Positions 44,401 to 50,643 of a stretch of DNA of 50,643 nt are shown piece by piece (the stretch's first letter is position 1; every line of letters starts with the position of its first letter). The position numbers and the translations under genes were made by a program. The stretch comes from a virus. Lineage: Duplodnaviria; Caudoviricetes. The DNA is taken from IMG/VR virus record IMGVR_UViG_3300037156_000076, positions 1 through 50,643 of that record; one strand, written 5' to 3'. A model generated the notes under the pieces. The model saw only the letters and a program-made list of their open reading frames with translations, was not told where the DNA came from and made no database searches.

Positions 44401-44874
44401 GCCAGCGTCAAAGCTGCCGCCCTCGAAGGCTGCATCAACCATCTCGCAAGCAAAAGCACGAAGCTCCGCATTCCGCTGCTCGGCGATGGTCAGGCGCTGA
44501 TGGAGGTCTTTAGCGTGGGCCGACCAATAACCGCCACAGTCATTCCAGCCATTACAGTATTGCGTTGCGCTTGCTCCAGGGTTCCCAGAGAAGTCATAAG
44601 GAAGGATTTGTTTTACTGGGCGCTTCCAAGCGTCCAAAGCGCCAGGGATGAACCCTTGATGATCCAGGCTATGGCTGAGATTCCAAGCCTGATCTATTTT
44701 CTCGTTCGCCTTCGTCAGCTCCTCCAGCGCCTTCGCCTCCCCAGCCAGCGCATTATTCAACTGCAACTGAAGGTCAGCCACTTGCTCGGCGGTCATATTT
44801 CCGCAAGTCCTAAGGTAGTCCTGATGATCTCGGGCGTAGCGTTGTTGTAGGGTTTCGTCTTGATTGGTGGGCAT
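44365..44874 (-). CDS. Hypothetical coiled-coil protein, probably 3'-truncated at the integrase junction
   Basis: AAGGA RBS. YCNGWNDC and LHQRLTIAEQRNAEL motifs. End overlaps integrase-like sequence. Confidence 0.7.
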   Translation of the reverse strand: MPTNQDETLQQRYARDHQDYLRTCGNMTAEQVADLQLQLNNALAGEAKALEELTKANEKIDQAWNLSHSLDHQGFIPGALDAWKRPVKQILPYDFSGNPGASATQYCNGWNDCGGYWSAHAKDLHQRLTIAEQRNAELRAFACEMVDAAFEGGSFDAGDIQDNQQCDGS

Positions 44875-44917
44875 GGGGTGTCCTTGGGCTGGGGAGCGGC
44901 CTGGAAATAGATTGGGT

Positions 44918-46549
44918 TCAGAGCTGTTTTAGAATTCGTAGGCCGAGCCAGAGAACTACGGTTACGGCCTTGCTGTTGCCGATCGCCTTATAGCGCGGAC
45001 CGTCAGGACATTCACTTGCGGACTTGTTGCGCCAAGGGATTCGCGTGTAATCGTCGGGAAAGCCTTGGAGGCGCTCGCATTCTGTGGGTGTTAATCGGCG
45101 GACGCTGCTGGTAGATACAAGCGCTTCGCTTCCGCCGCCAGCATCTCCAGAAGACGCCCTCAAGCTGGGCAGGCCCTCTCCGTAATCGCTTATCCCTCTT
45201 AGAGCGGCGACAATTGGTTGGCCGCGACCGGTACCGTCCTCACTCCCATCAAAGCCTTCAGCTTTCAGCGTATGCGTAATGTCGCCGGTTATGCATACGG
45301 CGACCTGTCCACCTGCATTTGCATGACTGCCAGCGTGATTCATTGCCCGAAGCGTCGGCGATATCGCCCCGGCGTCTGCGCCATGGTCCTTGCACGAGAA
45401 AGCCAGGACTGCATTTTCCTGCCCGCTATTCCTGCCTAGGGCAAATGCGAGCGAATCACTAACGCCAGGATCTTGCGTACCGTGCACGACGAGCAGTCCG
45501 GCTTCAGCGTCTTGATTGGTTGCGCTACCGGCCGCCTTGCCGTTGGCGTTAAGCGTTCCAGCGATCAAATGTCCAGCCTGAGCCTGATTGTCGTCAGCTC
45601 CGCAAGTCCCTACACCGCAAGCAGTCAGCGCTGATACCGGCTGCACAAAAAAAGTCTCGCTATCGAAGTCGAGTCGCGCATCTTTGGCGGTCAGCGTTCC
45701 GGATCGCTCGATTGAACCGCCGTTACCTGAGCCAAATGCCGGTATTCCACCAAACATGCTGACTGCCGGACCTTCATCGCCCTCGCAATTCATGCAGCCG
45801 TAAGCGCCAAGTTCTTCTCCGAACACTTCCCCGCATCCGCACTGGAGCGCAGGGCCGAAAGGAGCTGTTCCGGTAACGTCCGACCCCTCACCGCGGCGCG
45901 GCGCAGAATCCCGGCGCACGCCTTCTCGCTCAAAAAGTACCTCGACGGGATCGAACCCTCTTCGAGCACTTGCGACAACGAACACACGGCGGCGTCGTTG
46001 GGCCAGGCCGAAATATTGGGCGTCCAAGATCCGCCATGCGATTGTTCTTTTGGGTCCATACACACAACCAGCGTCTGACCACCTTTTCCCTGAAGGCTGC
46101 AGTTCGCAGTCTTCCCCAGCAAGCGCACCAAGAAAGCATCCGAAGGCGTTGCCTTTATCGGAGAGGACGCCGGGGACGTTTTCCCAAACAACAATGGTTT
46201 CATCATCACCGCGGGCGATTCGAACATGGTCAACTGCATCTGCAAGCTCCACATATTTGATGGTTAGGGCGCCGCGAGGATCAAGCATCCCTTGGCGCAT
46301 ACCGGCGACACTGAATGCCTGGCATGGTGTTCCGCCGACTAGCACGTCTGGAGCAGGGATCTTTCCAGTCAGCACCATGGCGGCGAGCTTCGTCATGTCG
46401 CCAAGGTTTGGAATCTTCGGGTAGTGATGGGCAAGTACTGCGCTCGGGAACGGTTCGATTTCGGCAAACCACATCGGCTTCATATCCAGCGGATGCCAAG
46501 CGGTAGTCGCACTTTCTATTCCGGAGCAAATGCTTCCATAGGTCAGCAT
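44918..46549 (-). CDS. DNA cytosine-C5 methyltransferase (large subunit)
   Basis: Motif I GSICSGIE, IV GGTPCQAFS, VI WENVPG, VIII AQRRRRVF, IX RRLTPTECERLQGFPD and X YKAIGNS. Confidence 0.95.
   Translation of the reverse strand: MLTYGSICSGIESATTAWHPLDMKPMWFAEIEPFPSAVLAHHYPKIPNLGDMTKLAAMVLTGKIPAPDVLVGGTPCQAFSVAGMRQGMLDPRGALTIKYVELADAVDHVRIARGDDETIVVWENVPGVLSDKGNAFGCFLGALAGEDCELQPSGKRWSDAGCVYGPKRTIAWRILDAQYFGLAQRRRRVFVVASARRGFDPVEVLFEREGVRRDSAPRRGEGSDVTGTAPFGPALQCGCGEVFGEELGAYGCMNCEGDEGPAVSMFGGIPAFGSGNGGSIERSGTLTAKDARLDFDSETFFVQPVSALTACGVGTCGADDNQAQAGHLIAGTLNANGKAAGSATNQDAEAGLLVVHGTQDPGVSDSLAFALGRNSGQENAVLAFSCKDHGADAGAISPTLRAMNHAGSHANAGGQVAVCITGDITHTLKAEGFDGSEDGTGRGQPIVAALRGISDYGEGLPSLRASSGDAGGGSEALVSTSSVRRLTPTECERLQGFPDDYTRIPWRNKSASECPDGPRYKAIGNSKAVTVVLWLGLRILKQL
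45790..46239 (-). CDS. Overlapping alternative-frame ORF, putative second methyltransferase subunit
   Basis: GGAG-7 nt-ATG (MQLTMFE). Contains CSLSQVLE..IPSRYFLSEKACAGILRRA..RGRTLP..L..AL. Confidence 0.7.
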   Translation of the reverse strand: MQLTMFESPAVMMKPLLFGKTSPASSPIKATPSDAFLVRLLGKTANCSLQGKGGQTLVVCMDPKEQSHGGSWTPNISAWPNDAAVCSLSQVLEEGSIPSRYFLSEKACAGILRRAAVRGRTLPEQLLSALRSSADAGKCSEKNLALTAA

Positions 46550-47070
46550 GAGCCCTCCATGTATGCGAGCACTCGCCGCATCTCTTCAATATTTGCGTCT
46601 GATTTCAGGCGGTTTGCCCGAAACGATATGACGCGTATGTTCGTCTTTACGTATCCGAGAGCAGGAATGAAGCGGTCCAGCGACGGAGTGTTATTGCGCG
46701 CACCGCCCTGCGCCATGGGGATTCCGAGAACTGGACATACGTCAGGAACAAATATGTCGTCTGGCTCAATCTCGAATGGCAGAGAAAGTGCGATCGCGCG
46801 CTTCCTAGCGTCATAAAACATCGTGTATTGAGTCGTTTTTGATTTTCCGTGCGTCCGGTAAAGCCCTCCCGCTCGATCACGCCGCAGGCACCCACAGCTT
46901 CTGGTAGAGCCGCCCTTTAGGCGCGCCGCAGGAAGTGTGACCACGGACCCACATTCGCACCTACAGACCCAGCTAGGCTTTCCACCTCCTTGAGGTCGCG
47001 AGGCTCCACGATGAAGCGCGGTAAGCCTGCCGAAAACCATTTCACTTATATCCTCAGCTGGCCTTCCCAT
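46543..47070 (-). CDS. HNH homing endonuclease with Zn-ribbon N-terminus
   Basis: FGRLTAL..WVCRCECG..GSTRSCGC..THG, then CPVLG..PSLDRF...GYVKTNIRVISFRANRLKSD. Confidence 0.88.
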   Translation of the reverse strand: MGRPAEDISEMVFGRLTALHRGASRPQGGGKPSWVCRCECGSVVTLPAARLKGGSTRSCGCLRRDRAGGLYRTHGKSKTTQYTMFYDARKRAIALSLPFEIEPDDIFVPDVCPVLGIPMAQGGARNNTPSLDRFIPALGYVKTNIRVISFRANRLKSDANIEEMRRVLAYMEGSC

Positions 47071-47119
47071 TCGGCGCCTCCAATGACGAGCCGCTGCATA
47101 TTGAGCCGTAGGTGGTCAT
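47054..47119 (-). pseudogene. Orphaned original 5' end of the methyltransferase gene
   Basis: Encodes MTTYGSICSG-SSLEAPNGKAS*, versus MLTYGSICSG at the MTase start. Confidence 0.8.
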
Positions 47120-47177
47120 ATTGATTTCCAGTCAGGCGCCGCCCTCCAATGACTGGATGCGACAAAAATAGGGGGTG

Positions 47178-47693
47178 TTATTCGTTGCAGATGCGAAGAG
47201 TCTTGCGCCGGAAGTCGGCATCAAGCCGTCTGGCCATGTGCTCAGGCATCACATATGGGGTGTGTGGTGGCATTGCCAGAAAGGGTAGGGCGCGGTCCTT
47301 TCCAGCATCATGTAGCGCATGAATGACCAGTCGCATAGCTGCGCTTTGGTCCTGCGCGCCAGTCCACTCAACCAGAGCTGACAGCGCCTCGCACGTTCCA
47401 GATCTAGCCCAAAAGCGGATCATCTCGCTACCCATGATTGGCGACACGTTTTCGCCATATTCCAAACTGTGCCGCGAACCAATAAGCCGAATAACCCCGC
47501 CCCGGCCAAGACCCTGAACGTGATGAATCATCCAGGTGAGCGCCTCGCCCTGCTCTTTGATTCCGGTCCACCTCATCAGGTCGGACAGCATCTTCTTGGT
47601 CGTAGCGCTGACCGTGTGGCGCAATTCCAGCTCACCGCACTCTTGGCGCTTGAGTGCAGTCTTAGCTGACCGAGCCTTTCCTTCTACTGCCAT
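47178..47693 (-). CDS. Hypothetical protein with internal duplication (two RHH-like modules)
   Basis: ELRH..SATTKKMLSDLMRWTGIKEQGEALTWMIH parallels MIRF..RSGTCEALSALVEWTGAQDQSAAMRLVIH. Confidence 0.75.
   Translation of the reverse strand: MAVEGKARSAKTALKRQECGELELRHTVSATTKKMLSDLMRWTGIKEQGEALTWMIHHVQGLGRGGVIRLIGSRHSLEYGENVSPIMGSEMIRFWARSGTCEALSALVEWTGAQDQSAAMRLVIHALHDAGKDRALPFLAMPPHTPYVMPEHMARRLDADFRRKTLRICNE
47441..47476. repeat. Inverted repeat copy 3 (degenerate right arm)
   Basis: GCGACACGTTT-N12-AAACTGTGCCGCG. Confidence 0.6.
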
Positions 47694-47702
47694 TTCAACC
47701 TC

Positions 47703-47903
47703 CTACCCATTCCAACGAGTGCGATACAGCACGATGTCGCGGGCTGTTGATATGCCGCAGCTGAATATTCTCGCCAGCCGGGCGTAGCTGAATTTCTCGG
47801 CTTCATACCTCTTGCGCATTTCCTTGACCTGCTCACTGGTCAGCGTGGCCATATGGTGAGAGATTCCGCATCGGTGGCCGGTATGATTTCTAGTTTCTGC
47901 CAT
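47703..47903 (-). CDS. Small HTH protein
   Basis: G..H..A.LT.EQV..MR.......SYARLARIFSCGISTARDIV.YRT. Confidence 0.8.
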   Translation of the reverse strand: MAETRNHTGHRCGISHHMATLTSEQVKEMRKRYEAEKFSYARLARIFSCGISTARDIVLYRTRWNG

Positions 47904-47904
47904 T

Positions 47905-48126
47905 TCACACCTCGATCAGTTTCAGGTAATTCTCGACCCATAGCCTAGGGTCGCCGCAGCGGATGATCTTCGTGAAGACTGGGCGACACTCGATCCTGAC
48001 CAGGTCGCGCGCCCGGTACGCTGCCGAGATCACTGCCGATTCCGTCTGATGCATTCGATCCGCCAATATCAGGCAGAGAATTGCGTCCGTTACCTTCATC
48101 CGGTAGGACGTAGGTTGAATTTTCAT
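47905..48126 (-). CDS. Hypothetical protein
   Basis: GGAG RBS. Tightly packed in the operon. Confidence 0.6.
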   Translation of the reverse strand: MKIQPTSYRMKVTDAILCLILADRMHQTESAVISAAYRARDLVRIECRPVFTKIIRCGDPRLWVENYLKLIEV

Positions 48127-48198
48127 GCTGGGTTACTCCGCTGGGCGGGATGCTGAGGTGCTGCCTGCGTCTGATAGCGGTCTTCTTGCTGATCCGCC

Positions 48199-48694
48199 TC
48201 AACTGCGCGTCCTTTTGAACTCGATGCCGTACGTATCGATCAGGCGCGACATTCGGTGCGAGCCAATACCCAGCGCTTTTTCCGCCCGACCCTTCGTCAC
48301 GCCGATTTCAGCCATGGCCCGGAGTCTTTCGGCCATTGGCGCGTCAACCGCAGGATCGATGCTGAATACGCCGCTGCTGCCTGACTTCCGGCCCCGTCCT
48401 GACTTGCAGGAAATGCTGAACCGCTTACAGGTCTGATAGACCTTATCCAGCGTGACCTTCAGCGCTGCCGCGATATCTCGTTGACCCATGTCCTTGCCCA
48501 TCTCGCGGACTTTCTCGGCAAAGGCGCGCCGCTCGATCTCTTGCTCGGAAATGACTGGCTCAATGCGTACTGGCCGAGGCTCAAACTTGAATCCTTCGAT
48601 CCGATCAACCTTTCCGCCAGACAAGAAAAAAAGCAGCCTTGGCCGCTTCGAATTGTGATTGCTCGACCGGCGATGCCGGATTGGCGCTTCTCAT
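48199..48694 (-). pseudogene. HTH-containing phage protein with +1 frameshift in a T7 run (48626-48632)
   Basis: Removing one T joins MRSANPAS..FEAAKAAFF to LSGGKVDRIEGF. Confidence 0.65.
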
Positions 48695-48760
48695 GTGTGT
48701 TCGCTCGAGTGGTGGGCCAGACCTTTATTGGGGCCTGGCATGTTTGATTTAGGCGCCTTC

Positions 48761-49471
48761 TCAGGTAGCTTGCGCAAAAGTTAGGCGCTTATGGATTTCA
48801 CGAACGCGCTCAACGTCACCCGCGCAGTACTTGGCAACGTCATCGATACGGCCGGATTTAACGAACTCCCAAACCTTGCTTCCGTCGATCTCATCATCAA
48901 TCTCACTACCCTTTGTTGCGATGCCGAACACCTTGCAGAGCTTGTCCAGACTTACCGTTCCGCGCGCTCCGGCCCAGGCTGTCATGGTGTCGAACACTTC
49001 CGGGCCCCACGGCTTGGCGTCGAACGGGATGCAGGCTGGAGGTCGAATGCCGAGCATGACCGCGCGCTGGAAGATGAAACGAAGGTCGAAGTTGAGGACA
49101 TTGTGACCGATGAAAACTGGCTTTCCGGTCTGGCGAGTACCGCCCGCCAGTTCCCGACCGCCTACCGCATCAACTGCATTGAAGAGGCCGAAAAGGATTT
49201 CACGTTCGCTTCCTAGCCAGTCTTTGCCGTAGAAGGTGATTGGCGCCTCATCTCCGATAGCGATGGATGCCACGACGATATGCCCAAATGCGCCGTCGAA
49301 GCTGGTTTTCAGCCACGCCTCATCGACCAGCGCAGGCTTTTCGTTCAGCTCCCAGGCAGCAATGGTTTCCGGCTTCTTGTAGTTGCCCGGTGCGCTGATT
49401 CGCTCAGCGAGAACTTCCTTGATGCCAAGCGCTTGGCCGGGGATCGTTTCAATGTCCAAATAAATGTTCAT
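48761..49471 (-). CDS. 3'-5' exonuclease (DnaQ/PolB-like DEDD)
   Basis: IYLDIETIP, IGHNVLNFDLRF, FDTM, SLDKLC and YCAGDV. Confidence 0.9.
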   Translation of the reverse strand: MNIYLDIETIPGQALGIKEVLAERISAPGNYKKPETIAAWELNEKPALVDEAWLKTSFDGAFGHIVVASIAIGDEAPITFYGKDWLGSEREILFGLFNAVDAVGGRELAGGTRQTGKPVFIGHNVLNFDLRFIFQRAVMLGIRPPACIPFDAKPWGPEVFDTMTAWAGARGTVSLDKLCKVFGIATKGSEIDDEIDGSKVWEFVKSGRIDDVAKYCAGDVERVREIHKRLTFAQAT

Positions 49472-49537
49472 GTTTTCTCCAAAGAAAAGGGCGCTCAATG
49501 GCGCCCATAAGGAAGTTGGCTAGTGCCGAAATAGGCC

Positions 49538-50185
49538 CTAGAACAGGATATCCTGAGAATGGTCATCAGGTACCGGGCCATAGTCGTTGTTGTCGCTATG
49601 ATGCGACTGGCCGCCCTTAGGGCGCTTGTCGACAATTGGTTTGCGAATGATAGCCTCCAGCATTTTTTCCAGCTTGACCGGCTCCCTGCACCGCTCTCGG
49701 TCAAGAACCTCGGAGGCCGTTTTCTCGCTTGACGCTTCGAATGGCGCGTACAAAGTTGGTCGCGGATCACCCTTTTCGCTGTTTTTCTCGATCTCCATCT
49801 GGATCAAGATGCCGATCGGCTTGTTCATCAGTTCGGGAAAGCCTGGAGCCTGAGTCTTTACTCGCTGCCCGGCGTCCTTGTCCCACTTCTCAAAGCTGAT
49901 TTGAGATGGAGCTGCAACATCATTAAGTCGTAGGCAAGCCATGATTGCGTTCAAGAGCGAATGCCCGCCATCATTTCTGGTTCCGTGCTGATAGCTGAGG
50001 TTGATATAGAACTGAGCCTCTGCTCCGTCACCGCTTTTGAAAGTCAGGCCAATCCCTGTTGACCCAGTGGACTGTTTGTCCATGTACTCAGCGCGCACGA
50101 AGGTTCCGATGTACTTCCCTTCGCGATCAATGTAAGCGGACTTGTTGTCTGCGGCGCGAGCTGCGCCCTGGTCGAGTTTGAACAT
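49538..50185 (-). CDS. Putative single-stranded DNA-binding protein
   Basis: GKYIG.F..AE OB-like N-terminus and acidic tail ending DILF. Follows the Sak4-like ATPase. Confidence 0.7.
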   Translation of the reverse strand: MFKLDQGAARAADNKSAYIDREGKYIGTFVRAEYMDKQSTGSTGIGLTFKSGDGAEAQFYINLSYQHGTRNDGGHSLLNAIMACLRLNDVAAPSQISFEKWDKDAGQRVKTQAPGFPELMNKPIGILIQMEIEKNSEKGDPRPTLYAPFEASSEKTASEVLDRERCREPVKLEKMLEAIIRKPIVDKRPKGGQSHHSDNNDYGPVPDDHSQDILF

Positions 50186-50209
50186 TTGATGCTCCGTTGA
50201 GTGCCGCAA

Positions 50210-50643
50210 TTATGCGGCTGCCGTTATTTCGTAGAAGTCGACCAAGGCCTGATCGACCTTGGCCAAATCGTTATCTATCTGGCGCGAATCAAACATTCCA
50301 ATTGGGCTCTTGCAGCAATCTTGGCCGTTGGTTTGGGTGCTGAAGGTGTAATCGCCACTAGTGGCCTCTGTTCGCAGGACAATAGTGAAGAAGCCTTCCG
50401 GGACCAGGGTCTGATCAACCATCTTGCCAACGGTTTTCATCCGAACGTTTCCGAAGTCATCGGTTTGCGTGTGAGCAAGGATGTAAACCCGGCGATGCTC
50501 CGCAAGATCCCCAGCAGCATTAAAAATGCTCCATGCGTTCTTGCCGATATCTGCGAACTTGGCAAAGCCTGTTTCGCTGCTGCGCATCATTAACTCGTTG
50601 ACCATGACCGCCTGGTAGTCATCAATAACGATGATTTCGTGGG
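50210..50643 (-). CDS. C-terminal part of AAA/Sak4-like ATP-binding recombination protein
   Basis: HEIIVIDDYQ Walker B at the window end, plus YILAH, KTVGKM, EGFFTIVL, KSPIGMF and IDNDL. Confidence 0.88.
   Translation of the reverse strand, partial: HEIIVIDDYQAVMVNELMMRSSETGFAKFADIGKNAWSIFNAAGDLAEHRRVYILAHTQTDDFGNVRMKTVGKMVDQTLVPEGFFTIVLRTEATSGDYTFSTQTNGQDCCKSPIGMFDSRQIDNDLAKVDQALVDFYEITAAA

Larger units (their letters stand above)
1..50643. mobile_element. Near-complete temperate phage genome (lambdoid early region, lambda-like head, Mu-like contractile tail), circularly permuted
   Basis: Immunity, replication, packaging, head, tail, lysis and integration modules all present. No host genes seen. 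An ATPase gene is split between the window ends. Confidence 0.95.

Noticed and set aside
44401-44471. ORF-track N-terminus of the integrase (MRSFVLLLARW...)
   Set aside because: An alternative-frame reading of the upstream gene, not integrase-like.

Overview
The window is essentially one whole temperate, Pseudomonas-like phage genome, circularly permuted: an AAA ATPase gene is split across the two ends. It has a lambdoid early region (pL/OL, cI, OR, cro, a YdaU/DnaT-type initiator with a P-like loader, nin genes, a Q-like antiterminator), a lambda-type cos/GpA head module and a Mu-like contractile tail. The lysis cassette is split. A P22 immI-like arc/antirepressor insert sits in the baseplate operon, and an attP-like site lies next to a 5'-truncated tyrosine integrase. 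Best leads: (1) an uncharacterised soluble plus 4-TM gene pair in the exact rexAB position downstream of cI, a candidate prophage anti-phage system; (2) a tRNA-like RNA with non-canonical arms inside the short pR'-tR' transcript, with an RNA-repair-type HAD phosphatase downstream; (3) a ~240-nt highly structured pL leader after a perfect boxA with no N gene; (4) a fixed-spacing inverted repeat found three times; (5) a C5 methyltransferase with a hidden overlapping-frame second subunit and an HNH insertion that supplies a recoded start. All calls come from reading the sequence by eye; no searches were run.
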